From Mobula hypostoma (lineage: Eukaryota): a stretch of 64,000 nucleotides of DNA. The notes under the pieces were generated by a model. The model worked only from the letters and a program-made list of their open reading frames with translations, was not told where the DNA came from and did no database searches. Positions 50,025 to 63,422 of the stretch are shown here, piece by piece. Numbering within the stretch: position 1 is the stretch's first letter; every line of letters begins with the position of its first letter. The stretch lies in the NCBI RefSeq assembly GCF_963921235.1, contig NC_086108.1, positions 8,308,001 through 8,372,000 on the forward strand, read 5' to 3'. The position numbers and the translations under genes were made by a program.

Positions 50025-53000
50025 TAGAGATAGAAAATGCATGCCAAAAGGGCAATGTTACAATAGTTATGGAGGACTTCAATATGCAGGTATATTGGGA
50101 AAATTAGATTGGTGCTGGATTCCAAGAGGGGGAATTTCTAGAGTGTGTGCAAGATGGCTTTTTTAGAGCAGCTCGTGATAAAGCCCACTAGGGGATCAGT
50201 TATTCTGGATTGGGTGTTGTGCAATGAAACAAAATTGATTAGAGAGCTTTAGGTAAAAGAACTCTCAGGGGCAAGTGATCATAGTGTGATCAAATTCACC
50301 CTGAAGTTTGAGGAGAAGCTAAAGTCAGATGTATCAGTATTACAGTGGAGTAAAGGGAATTACAGAGGCATGAGAGAGGAGTTTAGTCAGAATTGATTGG
50401 AAAAGAACACTGGCAGGGATGATGGCAGAGCAGCCGTGGCTGGAATTTCTGGAAGCAACTTGGAAGGCACAGGGTATATGTATCCCAAAGAGGAAGAAGT
50501 ATTTTAAAGGCAAGATGCCACAACTGACACAACTTTTGTTAGATGGCTAACAAAAGAAGTCAAAGCCAACATAAAAGCCAAAGCAACACACATCAAAGTT
50601 GCTGGTGAATGCAGCAGGCCAGGCAGCATCTGTAGGAAGAGGTGCAGTTGATGTTTCAGGTCAAGACCCTTCGTCAAGACTAACTGAAGGAAGACTGAGT
50701 AAGGGATTTGAAAGTTGGAGGGGGAGGGGGAGATCCAAAATGATAGGAGAAGACAGGAGGGGGAGGGATAGAGCCGAGAGCTGGACAGGTGATAGGCAAA
50801 AGGGGATACGAGAGGATCATGGGACAGGAGCTCCGGGAAGAAAGACAAGGGGGGGGGGACCCAGAGGATGGGCAAGAGGTATATTCAGAGGGACAGAGGG
50901 AGAAAAAGGAGAGTGAGAGAAAGAATGTGTGCATAAAAATAAGTAACAGGTGGGGTACGAGGGGGAGGTGGGGCCTTAACGGAAGTTAGAGAAGTCGATG
51001 TTCATGCCATCAGGTTGGAGGCAGACGGAATATAAAGTAATAGAACAAAGATTAGTGGAAAGTTAGAAGATCAGGAAGCTTTTAAAAACCAACAGAAGGT
51101 AACTAAAAAGTAACTGAGAAGGTAAAGGTGGAATATGAAAGTAAGCTAGCCAATAATATTAAAGAGGATACCAAATGTTTCCTCAGATACATAAAGTGTA
51201 AAAGAGAGTCAAGAGTGAATATTGGACCACTGGAAAATGATGCTGGAGAGGTAGTAATGAAGGACAAGGAAATGGTGGATAACCTGAATAAGTATTTTGC
51301 AGAGACTAGCAGTATGGCAGAAGTTCCAGATGTCACGGGGCATGAAGTGTGTGAAGTTACCATAATGACAGAGAAGGATCTTGGGAAACTGAAAGGTCTG
51401 AAGGTAGATAAGTCACCTGGATCAGATAGTGTTAACCATAGGTTTCAGAAAGAGGTGGGAGGCGTTAGTAACAATCTTTAAAGAATCACTAGATTCTGGA
51501 ATGGTTCTTGAAGACTGGAAAATTGCATATGTCACTCCACTTTTCAAGAAGGGAGAGAGGCAGGAGAAAGGAAATTATAGGTCAAAGAGGCTGACTTGAG
51601 TGTTTGGGAAGATGTTGGATTTGATTATTAAGGATGAGGTCTCAGTGTACTTAGAGGTGCATGACAAAATGGGCCACAGTCAGCATGGTCAGGGGTAAAT
51701 CTTGCCTAACAAATCTGTTGGAATTCTTTGAAGAAATAATAGGCAGGATTGACAAATGATTTGTCAATGATTTGGATGATGGAATTGATGGCTTTGATGC
51801 AAAGTTTGCAGATGATTATGAAGATAGGTGGAGGAGCAGGTAGATTTGTGGAAACAAAGACTACAGAAGGACTTAGACAGTTTAGGAGAATTGGCGAAGA
51901 AATGAGAGATGGAATACAGAGTTGGGAAATGTTTGGTCATGCACTTTGGTAGAAGAAATGAAAAAGTTGACTATTCTCTAAATGGAGAGAAAATACAAAA
52001 AAATGGAGGCACAAAGGGTCTTGGGAGTCCTTGTGCAGGATCCCCTAAAAGTTAATTTGCAGGTTGAGACCATGGTGAGGAAGGCAAGAGCAATGTCAGA
52101 AACAGAATCAACTTTATTATCACTGGCATGTGATGTGAAATTTGTTAGCTTAGCAGCAGCACTTTAAAGCAATACATAATCTAGCAGAGAGAGAAAAAAA
52201 AATAATAAAGTAAAACATAATAATAAATAAACAAGTAAATCAATTATGTATATTGAATGGAGTTTTTTAAATGTGCAAAAACAGAAATACTGTATATTAA
52301 AAAAAGTGAGGTAGTGTCCAAAGCTTCAATGTCCATTTAGGATTTGGATGTCAGAGGGGAAGAAGCTGTTCCTGAATCGCTGAGTGTGTGCCTTCAGGCT
52401 TCTGTATCTCCTACCTGATGGTAACAGTGAGAAAAGGGCATGCCCTGGGTGCTGGAAGTCCTTAATAATGGACGCTGCCTTTCTGAGACACCGCTCTCTA
52501 AAGATGTCCTGGGTGCTTTGTAGGCTAGTGCCCAAGATGGAGCCAACTAAATTTACAACCTTCTGCAGCTCCTTTCGGTCCTGTGAAGTAGCCCCTCCAT
52601 ACCAGACAGTGATGCAGCCTGTCAGAGTGCTTTCCACGGTACAACTATAGAAGTTTTTGAGTGTATTTGTTGACATGCCAAATCTCTTCAAACTCCTAAT
52701 AAAGTCTTGCCTTCTTTATAACTACATCAATATGTTGGGATCAGGTTAGATCCTCAGAGATCTTGACACCCAGGAACTTGAAGCTGCTCACTCTCTCCAC
52801 TTCCAATCCCTCTATGAGGATTGGTATGTGTTCCTTTGTTTTACCCTTCCTGAAGTCCACAATCAGCTCTTTCGTCTTACTGACATTGAGTGCCAGGTTG
52901 TTGCTGCGACACCATTCCACTAGTTGGCATATCTCACTCCTATACTCCCTCTCGTCACCACTTGAGATTCTACCAACGATGGTTGTATCGTCAGCAAATT

Positions 53001-54510
53001 TATAGATGGTATTTGAGCTATGCCTAGCCACACAGTCAGTCATGGGTATAGAGAGAGTAGAGCAGTGGGCTAAGCACACGCCCCTGAGGTGTACCAGTGT
53101 TGATCGTCAGCAAGGAGGATATGTTATCACCAATCCGCACAGACTGTGGTTTTCGGGTTAGGAAGTCGAGGATCCAATTGCAGAGAGAGGTACAGAGGCC
53201 CAGGTTCTGCAACTTCTCAATCAGGATTGTGGGAATGATGGTATTAAATGCTGAGCTATAGGCAATGAACAGCATCCTGACGTAGGTGTTTGTGTTGTCC
53301 AGGTGGTCTAAAGCTGTGTGTAGAGCCATTGAGATTGTATCTGCCGTTTACCTATCGTGGCAATAGGTAAATTGCAATGGGTCCTGGTCCTTGCTGAGGC
53401 AGGAGTTCAGTCTAGTCATGACCACCCTCTCAAAGCATTTCATCACTGTAGATGTGAGTGCTACTGGGTGATAGTCATTAAGGCAGCCCACATTATTCTT
53501 CTTAGGCACTGGTATATTTGTTGCCTTTTTGAAGTAAGTGGGAACTTCTGCCCGTAGCAGTGAGAGGTTGAAAATGTCCTTGAATACTCCCGCTAGTTGG
53601 TAGGCACTGGCTTTCAGAGCCTTACCAGATACTCCATCTGCCTTGTGAGGGTTCACTCTCTTTAAAGACAGTCTAACACCAGCCTCTGAGACAGAGATCA
53701 CAGGGTCATCAGGTGCAGCAGGGATCTTCACAGCTGTAGTTGTGTTCTCCCTTTCAAAGCGGGCATAGAAGGCACTGAGTTCATCTGGTAGCGAAGCATC
53801 GCTGCCATTTATGCTATTGGGTTTCGCTTTGTAGGAAGTAATGTCTTGCAGACTCTGCCAGAGTTGCCGTGCATCTGATATTGCCTCCAATCAATGTAAG
53901 CATTTATTTCAAGATGATTAGAAAACAAAAGCAAGGATGTAATGTTGAGACTTTATAAAACACTGGTTAAGTCTCACTTGGAGTATTGTGAGCAGTTTTG
54001 GGCCCCTTATGGTGTGCTGAAACTGGAGAGGGTTCAAAGGAGATTGACGAAAATGATTCCAGGATTGAATGGCCTGTCATACGAAGAGTGTTTGATGGCT
54101 CTGGGCCTGTATTCACTGGAATTCAGAAGAATGAGGGGTGACTTCATTGAAACCTATTGAATGATGAAGGACCTGATAGAACGGATGTGGAGAGTCTAAG
54201 ACCAGAGACACAGCCTCAGAAAAGAGAGGCATCCTTTTAGAATAGAGATGAGGAGGAATTTCTTTATCCAGCGGGCGGTGAACTGTGGAATTCTTTGCCA
54301 CAGGCAGATGTGGAAGCCGAATCTTTATGTATATTTTAGGTCAAGGTTGATAGATTCTTGACTGGTTAGGGTAGGGCATGATGGGTTACGGCGAGAAGGC
54401 AGGATAATGGGGCACAGAGGAAAAATGGATCAGCTATGATGAAATGGTGGAGGAGACGCGATGGGCCAAATGGCCTTATTCTGCTCCTATATCTTGCGGT
54501 TTTATGGTCT
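50025..54510 (+). mobile_element. Degenerate CR1 ORF2, split by a PLE fragment (about 50582-51035) and a Rex insertion (52097-53891)
   Basis: ORF 51128-51481 (EYESKLANNIKEDTK..KSPGSD) and ORF 53942-54160 (LYKTLVKSHLEYCEQFWAP). The host sequence rejoins across both insertions. Confidence 0.85.
52097..53891 (-). mobile_element. Rex1/Babar-type LINE, 5'-truncated, with a 6-bp TSD
   Basis: ORFs 53348-53890 (PVPKK..LNDYHPVALTSTVMKCFER), 53036-53329, 52741-53079 (KFADDTT) and 52326-52691. CAATGT at 52091-52096 and 53892-53897. Confidence 0.92.
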
Positions 54511-54519
54511 TATGATCTT

Positions 54520-55600
54520 TATTTCTTCAATAAAGTGAATGACCACACATATTCCATCTGCCACCTCTTTCCCATTCTCCTAATCTGTCTAAGTCCTTCT
54601 GTAGCCTCAATACTTCCTCAAGCCTGCCCCTCCACCTGTTTTTGTATCATCCACAAACTTGGCCACAAAGCCAACAATTCTGTCATCCAAAATCATTGAC
54701 CTATAACGTATAAAGATACAGTCCCAACACCTATGGAACACTACTAGTCACTGGCAGTCAACCAGAAAAGGCTCCCTTTATTCCCACTCCGAAAATTCAA
54801 ATAAACAACATCCACTGATTCTCCTTTGGCCATCCTGATTGTTATTTCCTCAAAGAATTCCAACATATTCTTCAGGCAGGAGTTTTACTTGAGGAAACCA
54901 TGCTGACTGTGGCCTATGTTATCATGTGCCACCAAGTACCCGAAAACCATGTCATTGATAATCAATTGCAACATCTTCCTAACCACTGAGGTCAGGCTAA
55001 CTGACCTATAATTTCCTTTCTTCTGCCTCTCTCCTTTCTTAAAGAGTGGGGTGACATTTACAATTTTCCAGTCCTTTGGAACCATTCCAGAATCTAGTGA
55101 TTCTTGAAAGATCAGTACTCATGCCTCCACAATCTCTTCAGCCACCTCTTTCAGAACCTTAGGGCGTAGTCCACCTGATCCAGATGACTTATCTACCTTC
55201 AGACCTTCCCAAGCACCTTCTCCTTTGTAATAGCAACTGAGCTCACTTTCGTCCCTGACACTTGCGCATATCTGGCATACTGCTAGTGTCTTCCACAGTG
55301 ATGACTGACGCAAAATACTTATGAATCTCATCTGGCATTTCTTTGTCCCTCATTATTACCTCTCGAGCATGATTTTCCAGTGGTCCAAAGTCTATTTCCC
55401 ACTCTCTTTTACTGTTTATATATCTGAAAAATACTTCTGGTATCCTCTTTGATATTTTTGGCTAGCTTACCTTCTAATTTCATTTTTTCTCCCCTTATGT
55501 TTTTTATTTGACTTCTGCTGGTTTTTCAAAGCACCCAATCACCTAACATCCCACTAAATTTTGTTCTATTACTGTATATGCCCTCTCATTTGCTTTTGCA
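54520..55600 (-). mobile_element. CR1 ORF2 fragment, deleted
   Basis: ORF 54885-55085 VPKDWKIVNVTPLFKKG..GNYRSVSLTS..QHGF. Confidence 0.85.
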
Positions 55601-55616
55601 TGCATTTTCCGTGCTG

Positions 55617-55803
55617 GTGAGGGAATGGGAAGTTGGCGAGGGAATGGGAAGTTGGTGAGGGAATGGGAAGTTGGCAAGGGAATGGGAAGTTGGTGAGGAA
55701 TGGGAAGCTGGCGAGGGAATGGGAAGTTGGTGAGGGAATGGGAAGTTGGCGAGGGAATGGGAAGTTGGTGAGGGAATGGGAAGTTGGCAAGGGAATGGGA
55801 AGT
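55617..55803. repeat. 19-bp G-rich tandem repeat (GAGGGAATGGGAAGTTGGY), about 10 copies
   Basis: Direct reading. Confidence 0.95.
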
Positions 55804-58208
55804 CCTCTAGGAGATCAAGAAGGAGATGACATCTTCTTGAGGCAGTGCTTCCTCTGGATAGTGAGGTGAGCTGTGCCCGGTAGGAGGATGGATCACTCTG
55901 CCTCAGGGGTGCAGAGACTCTCACGACATTCTGATCAAGCACTCGAACACGACGACAGGGAAGGCCCAAGGCCTAACGTGGGTCGGTAGGATTAGGGTAG
56001 AGAGGTACAAAGGATAGCAGGGGTTTGATGGGCCAGTGGGCCTGCCACTGTTTATGAACACCTCAGAAGTTGTGGCAAAAGGACCCCTGAGGATTTTGCG
56101 ACTCGTGGTGGAGGAGCAACAACTCATATTCCATCTGGGTAGCCTCCAACATGATAGCATGAGTATTCTTGAACTCCTGGTAATTTTCTACGCCCACGCC
56201 CCTCTGTTTTCTCCCCCACCCATCATCATCATCACTATGAGCTGTGTCATTTGATGCAAATGTCTCCTTTTTCTGAACAGTGTCTTTACAAGACGGGTGA
56301 CCCTAGCCATTATCAATACTCTTCCGAGATTGTCTGTCTGGTGTCAGTGGTCACATAACCAGGACTTGTGATATGCACCGGCTGCTCATACAACCATCCA
56401 CCACCGGCTCCCGTGGCCTCACGTGACCCTGATTCGGGGAGAGGGGCTGAGCAGGTGCTACACTTTGCCCAAAGAGGTCCTGCAGGCTAGCGAAGGGAAG
56501 GTTCGCCTTACATCTCCTTTGGTAGAGACGTATCTCCAGCCCGCCACCAACCCCATTTCCCCATTCTGGTGACTGCCTCACCAAAAAGCTGGACAATTGG
56601 GCCTACACTGCCCTGTAACCTCAGTGAGCCAATCTTCACACCCCTGCCCTGTGCTCAACTTCTGTTCTGCAACCCCCATCACAAATTGCAGGCTGCCTGG
56701 ACATTGACTGTTGGCTGCTTCTGGGATCTTACTACGTACTTACTGCCGGTTACACCGCTGGTGTTTCGGGCAGCAGCGAAGGTCCTCCACCTCTGGTGGT
56801 GTTCAGGGCTTCCCTCATTGAGTCAGTAGATTCCTCTCGGTTTTCACCACTGTCAGACGTGCAAGTCCCGGGTGGAGACTTAGGAATACCGTCACACTCA
56901 GATGTAGAAGGATTCTTCATTGCTGTTTCCATGGCAACTTTGTTTGACCAGCCAGGGCTGTTAGTCCTGAGCTGAACCCCCAGGACCTGAAGGTCCTGTG
57001 GACCACTCTTAGTTTGCCCTCTACCCTTTGACCTGCTTGGCATGGGTGACCCTACCGAGAGCCAAAGCGCAAAGCCAGCCTAGCACTCCAGGTGAATGAG
57101 GCATGCAAACCCCCAAACCATCATGGGGTTGTGGTTCTCTGGGATCTTGTCGTGCAGGAATTGGCTGCTGCCCTTTGAAGGAGCTCAGTTATTAGGATCT
57201 GATGAGGCTCTGGTCTGGACTCTCCCCTCTCAAAATAACCCTTGAGATTCTAAGTATAGCATCTTCCGGCCACTGTAAAATTAAATATTATTTTTTTTGT
57301 TCATTTGTGGCACATTTCTCAGACACACCCTGCTCCTCTGAAGGTTACTGAGGGGGTCTGTTCTATACCTACTGCCGACAGATGAGAGTCATAGAGCATC
57401 ACAGAGCACCACAGCACAGAGAAAGGACCTTCTGCCCAGTCCCAGCAACCCGCACCGGGACCATAGCCCTCCATAACACCCCCATCCATGTAGCTATCCA
57501 GGCTTCTCTTAAATGTTGGAATCGAGCACACATCCACCACTTCTGCTGGCAGCTTGTTCCACACACTCTCCACCCTCTGATTCCTCAGGTTCCCCTTAAA
57601 TATTTCACCTTTCACCCCCTAGCCTCAAGGTGGACTTCTGGTTAAAGATGGTGCTGCTGAAGGCGGGTGACAACTTCCTGGAGGTCCCCAGAGCAAGAAA
57701 TACTTTATTAATAACACTTTTTCTGTAAAAAAAAATATAGTAAACAATCACCGCAAACAATGAAGAGGTGAGCGAAAGCAAGGCTGAGCCAAGGGTCAAG
57801 GTGTGGGGGTGTGATGCAAAGTCAGAGGGAGGTTAAGGTACATTCAGAGAGCGAGGTTCGAGTGATCTAAGTGCCAGGCCGATTTGGAATGGTCGAGTAC
57901 AGGCCAAAACGTGGCGATGAGGTCCAGGCCCAGAACATATCAAAGCCACAGGGCCTGGGACTTAGAGCAAGGGATGTCACAATGTTTGGATGAATTAAAT
58001 GCTGGGCCGGATGGATTGGAAAGGCAGGATGTTGGGACCAGAGACAGGGGGTCGGGCCAGTTCCACTTGCAGCTTTGTAACGTTTGCTCTGCTCTGCAAC
58101 GCACCGGGGCCCATGCTGTGGGCCTACTCTGGTTACTCCAAACTTTGTTTCTGCAAGCTCCACGTTTTGCTCCACAGCATGACGAACTGCAGCTGAGGGC
58201 TTGCATCA

Positions 58209-58410
58209 GCTGCTCCAAGCTCGTGTCTGTGGGCCCCGTGACATTTTGCCCCACTCTGTGCTGAACTGAGTCCGAGCCTGTGGCCTGCTCTGGGCTGCTC
58301 CAAGCTTGTGTCTGTGGGCCCTGTGACGATTTGCCCCACTCTGTGATGAACTGAGGCCGAGACTGTGGCCTGCTCTGGGCTGCTCCGGGCTTCGTGTCTG
58401 TGGACTCACT
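58209..58410. repeat. Tandem duplication of about 86 bp (about 2.3 copies) inside a LINE-derived non-autonomous element (about 57630-58600)
   Basis: CTGCTCCAAGCTYGTGTCTGTGG..CCCCACTCTGTG.TGAACTGAG..TGTGGCCTGCTCTGGG repeated. The surrounding element ends in a Rex-type tactttgaactt tail. Confidence 0.7.
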
Positions 58411-59002
58411 TTCATTCTGAATGCTGTTGCTTGATTTTATTTTTTGCACGATTTATTTTTCTTTCTCTCTGCACATTGGGTGTTTGTTGATCTTTTTTTA
58501 ATAGGCTCTTCTGGATTTCTTGCTTTGTGGCGGCCTGTAAGGAGACAAATCTCAAGGTTGTATAATGTCGACATATTTTGGTAATAAATGTACTTTGAAC
58601 TTGGTTGGTATTGTGAGTCCCTCATCCTTGTTCCCACCTTCTTCTCTAACCCCCCCCCCCCCAACTCACCACCATTCAACTCAGGAGGCCCTCCTCCCCC
58701 TCCCCAGAGTCAGAGTCAGATCAGTTTACCATCACGTACACCCGGGTGCAATAAAATTAGGTCATCTGAGGTGTACAAGATGATAAGAGGCATAGACTGA
58801 GTGGGCAGCCAGGGACCTTTTCCCAGGGCAGAGATGGCTAATACAAGAAGGCATAATTTTAAGGTGACTGGGAGGAAGTACAGTATAGGTGGGGATGTCA
58901 GATGCAGTTTTTTAGTCACAAAGTGGTGGGTGTGTGGAACACCCTGCCCGGGGTGGTGGTACAGGCAGATACAGTAAGGATATTTAAGAGACTTTAAAAG
59001 GC

Positions 59003-59605
59003 AGGAGGAGAGAGAGGTGCGTGCGCAGCCCTCCGGTGAAAAATGATGTCGTATCAGTTAAATAGGGGCCGTGGACAATTCTGATTTGATGGAGAGGGAC
59101 GTGAAAGCACAGAGAAACATCTGGAAAAATTTCTGAAACGCTCGTTCACTGCTGTCGTTACTGCGCGGTCAGGAATCTTTCAGAGGGTAGGCCTCAAAAT
59201 CCCCGGCTCTGCCTGCTTTTGGCGACTGAGAAGGAGGTCGAATTGTTTGGACAGAGATGGCGGTCAGTATTCGGTGTTGGAGAGCTGATCAGAGCTCGAA
59301 GTTTTCGGATGACTCAGTCGGATTGTGGTCGGCATGGCAGGGAAAGTTTTTCTTCCTTCTCCCGTCTGCGTGAGATGTGGGACATTTGAGAGACTTTGAA
59401 CTTTACTGTGCTCACGGACTTCATCAAGTTATGGTATTGTTGCACTGTTGTAACTATAGGTTATAATTATGTGGTTTTGTCAGTTTTTTCAGTCTTGGTC
59501 TGTCCTGTGTTTTGTGATATCACACCGGAGGAAATAATGTATCATTTCGTAATGCATGCATTACTAAATGACAATAAAAGAGGACTACGTGTCTTCACAA
59601 TCTAA
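59003..59605 (+). mobile_element. Family X copy D (second subfamily, close to copy C)
   Basis: Shares the internal and 3' motifs, including TAATGCATGCATTA and GAGGACtacgtGTCTTC-ACAATCTAA. Confidence 0.8.
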
Positions 59606-60259
59606 ATAGGCACACGGATGACAGAAAAACGGAGGGCGATGAAGGAAGGAGGTTCTCAAAGTCATCCCTGTCGTGAGAGGTGGAAATGGGTAAGGCCGGC
59701 CTGCAGGGCTCTGGTGAAGCTGTAGAGGCCAATCCCCTGTACAGTGGGAACAACGGATTGCAGAAACATTGAACTCCAACCAGAGGACAACGGAGAAAGG
59801 AAGCCATCGATGACCTGTGCTCCGCTCTAGAGCTGAGGGCCCAGGTAAGTAATGTAGGAGGGGACGATTAGATTGATCTTGGAGTAGGTTATAAGGTTGG
59901 CACAACTTCGTGGGCCGAAGGTTCTGTACTGTGCTGTGTTCTATGGTCAGTGTTCCTATCAATACCCATCCTGTCAGACAGTGACTACCCCCCCACCCCC
60001 ACCAGGTCCTGTCAGAGGTGCGGGGGGGCCTCTTCTTTTCCAAAGTTTAGTTTATTCAGTGAACTTTAGAACACTACAGCACTGTAGAGATCCTTCGGCG
60101 CACAATGTTTAGCCAACCTTTCTTTTATCTGTATAGCTATCTAATTTATTGAGTTACAGTGTGGAACAGGCCTTTCCAGTCCTCTGAGCTGCACTGCCCA
60201 GCAATCCCCTAATTTAACCCCTGCCTAATCAGGGGACAATTTACAATGACCAATGAACA

Positions 60260-60560
60260 AGGGGTCACAGTTTGAGGATAAAGAGGAAGCCTTTTAGGAC
60301 CAAGATGAGGAAAAACTTCTTCACACAGAGAGCAGTGAATCTGTGGAATTCTCTGCCACAGGAAACTGTTGAGGCCAGTTCATTGGCTATATTTAAGAGG
60401 GAGTTAGATATGGCCCTTGTGGCTAAAGTGATCAGGGGGTATGGGGGGAAGGCTGGTACAGGGTTCTGAGTTGGATGATCAGCCATGATCATACTGAATG
60501 GCAGTGCAGGCTCGAAGGGCCGAATGGCCTACTCCTGCACCTATTTTCTATGTTTCTATG
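60260..60560 (+). mobile_element. Young CR1 3' fragment, same subfamily as 40076-41408
   Basis: RKNFFTQRAVNLWNSLPQETVEASSLA..GGKAGTGF*, same hairpin and tail; nested in a V-SINE. Confidence 0.88.
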
Positions 60561-63104
60561 TTTAACCTACTAACAGGTATGTCTTTGAACTGTGGGAGGA
60601 AACCAGGGCACCCAGCGAAACACGATTCCCCCCCCACCTTAGCAGTGTGACCACATGCCCACCACTCCCTGTGTAAATAACATCCTCCCCTATACTTCCC
60701 TCCAATCACCTTAAAATTAAGCCTGCTTGTATTAGATATTTCCACCCTGGGAAGAGATCTCTGGCTTTCCACTCGATCTATGCCTCTTATCATCTTGTGC
60801 ATCTCTATCAAGTCACCCCTCATCATCCACTCCAAAGAGGAAAGCCCCTCCACTTGGAGCGGAGTTGTGTGCGGAGTGTGCACGTACTTCCCGTGATCAT
60901 GTACGTTTCCTCCAGGCAGCCTGCTCTCTGTCCACAGCCCAGAGGAGTGTGCCTGTTGGCTCTCTAGCCACTAGGAATTGCCCCCTCGTCCCCCTGGGTA
61001 TGCGCAGTGACCTTGTCTGGGAGAACTTAGTGACAATACAGAAAGAATATAATGATGCTGGAGTAAATCTTGTCACTGGAATTCAGAAGAATGGGAGGTG
61101 ACCTCATTGAAACCTATCAAACGTTGAAAGGCCTCAACAGAGTGGATGCGGAGAGGATGTTTCCTATGGTGGGGGATTCTGAGACCAGAGGACATAGCCT
61201 CAAAATAGGGAGTTGTCCTTTTAGAGCAGAGATAAAGAGGAATTTCTTTAGACAGAAAGTGGTGAATCTGTGGAATTCATTGCCACAGGCAGCTGTTGAG
61301 GCTGTCACTGGGTGTATTTAAGGCAGAGGCTGATAGATTCTTGATTGGTCAGGGCATGAAGGGATACGGGGAGAAGGCAGGAGATTGGGGCTGAGAGAGA
61401 AATGGATCAGTCATGATGGAATGGTGCAGCAGACCTGATGGGCCAAATGGCCTCACTCTGCTCCTATATTTTACGTTCTTGAAGGGGCTTTCAATGGGCA
61501 GCACAGCCTAGATGGGCCAAAGGGCCTATTTACATGCTAGTATGTCTCTGTGGCGGTGTATGGGGTGTCCAGGGAGGGGCAGCATCTCTGCTGAAGGGTT
61601 TATTGTGTCCATTCCAGGCTGCTCACTCACATTTGGTCCCCACGGACACTCTGCTCTCTCCTGTAGCTCCAAGTAACTGTCCTCACGCGACAGCGGCCAC
61701 TCCCCAGTACACCGCTTCGACAGGTGGGCTAAACCAGGTGACAGTAGCCAGCAGCCCCAAACCCTGGAGAGATAACCTAATCACAGTACAATTTACAATG
61801 ACCAGTTAACCTACTAACCGGCACATCTTTAAAATTCACATGCTTGTCCTAGCACGTGAAGTCAGCTCTGGCGGACTGGGTGGTTGAGACCTACAGTGTG
61901 ATCCAACGGCAAGGAAGTGGGTATTACAATGCTCTGTGGAGAGCAAAGAGCATGACGAGGCACAGACGACGTCACGGTCATCCACTGCAACCAGGGAAGA
62001 CCCCAGTTTGTGACGCTTGTTCGTACCACTGGACCCGGACTTCCGAGGTCAAGAGAGTGGAACTGCCCAGTGCAGTGGCTTTTCCATTTTAAAAGACTCT
62101 CCTACACGGGTCTCCTGTCATCGTTGGGCCACTTTGTCTCTCTGGGTCATAGACTCCAAAGCACAACCTGAAAGATTGTGCTGGTCCATTTCAGAGGGTG
62201 TATAAGTGCCAGCAACACTCTTGGGGCTGGAGTCACATCCAGAGTCATCGTCGGAATAATGCAGTGTGAAAACAGGCTGTTCGGTCCATCCAATCCATAC
62301 ACACTAAGACACAAATCTGAGCTCGTCCTGTTCACCCACATTTGGTCCGTAGCCCTGGGTAGAGTGGACATGGAATTAAATCTAGATTTTAAAAGTCTTA
62401 ACAGTAGTGAATAAACTGCCGAAACACATCTGTTTTTGTTTACTGGCATTCTTCGGGGCAGTAAGCCTGCAATACTCATTCAGTCTGGGCTGTGTGCGAC
62501 TCCCAGGTCATTTGTGAGGCTTGAGTTGTGGCTGCTGTCCCTACCTGGAGTGTTCAGAGCAATTGATGGTTCTGGGCCTGTACTCACAGGAGATTAGGGG
62601 GATCTCACTGAAACCCATAAAAACATCAAGAGGTCTATTTCAAGGGACGTGGAGAGGGTGCTTCCTACAGTGGAGGAATCTAGGACCAGAGGGCACAGCC
62701 TCTGAATAGAAGGATATCCCTTTAGACCAGAGATGAGGTGGAATTTCTTTAGCCAAGGAGTGTGGAATTTATTGCCACAGGTGGAGGCCTGTCATTGGGT
62801 ATGTTCAAAGCGGAGGTTGATAGGTTCTTGATTACTCAGGGTGCCAAAGGTGTATGGGGAGAAGGCAGGAGAATGGTGCTGAGAGGGATAATAAATCAGC
62901 TGTGATGGAATGGTAGAGCAGACCTGAAGGGCTGAATAGCCTCATTCTGCTCCTGTGTCCTGTGGTCCCTCTAAATCTTTCCTACCCGTGTACCTGTACG
63001 TGTCTGGCAGCTCGTTCCCTGATGGATGACGCGTGGGTGAACGCTCACAGGTGATAGGTAAGACCAGGTGAGGCGGGGGGGGGGGGATGGTGGGTGGGTG
63101 ATGG

Positions 63105-63422
63105 AGGCTTCACCTATCACCTATCAGCTTGTACTCCTTCCCCTCCCCCTCCCTTCCTATTCCGGCTTCTTCCCGCTTCCTTTCCAGTCCTGATGAAGGG
63201 TCTCGGCCCGAAACGTTGACTGTTTATTCCTCTCCAGAGATGCTGCCTGACCTGCTGAGTTCCTCCAGCATTTTGTGTGTGTTGCTCTGGATTTCCAGCA
63301 TCTGTAGAATCTCTCATCTCTATAACAACACACGCTAAGCACTGGGAGAACTCAGCAGGTCAGGCAGCATTGATGGAAAAGAATAAACAATGAATTTTTC
63401 AGGCCGAGACCCTTCTCCCAGA
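63105..63422. mobile_element. Two opposed PLE pLTR fragments
   Basis: Plus-strand pLTR at 63105-63320, then a minus-strand pLTR at 63323-63422 flanked by CTCTCATCTCTA (63311-63322 and 63423-63434). Confidence 0.75.
63185..63222 (+). ncRNA. Minimal type I hammerhead ribozyme motif (PLE type), intact core
   Basis: CAGTC-CTGATGA-AGGGtctcggCCC-GAAA-CG-TT-GACTG: 5-bp stem I, both core boxes, GUU site. Confidence 0.75.
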
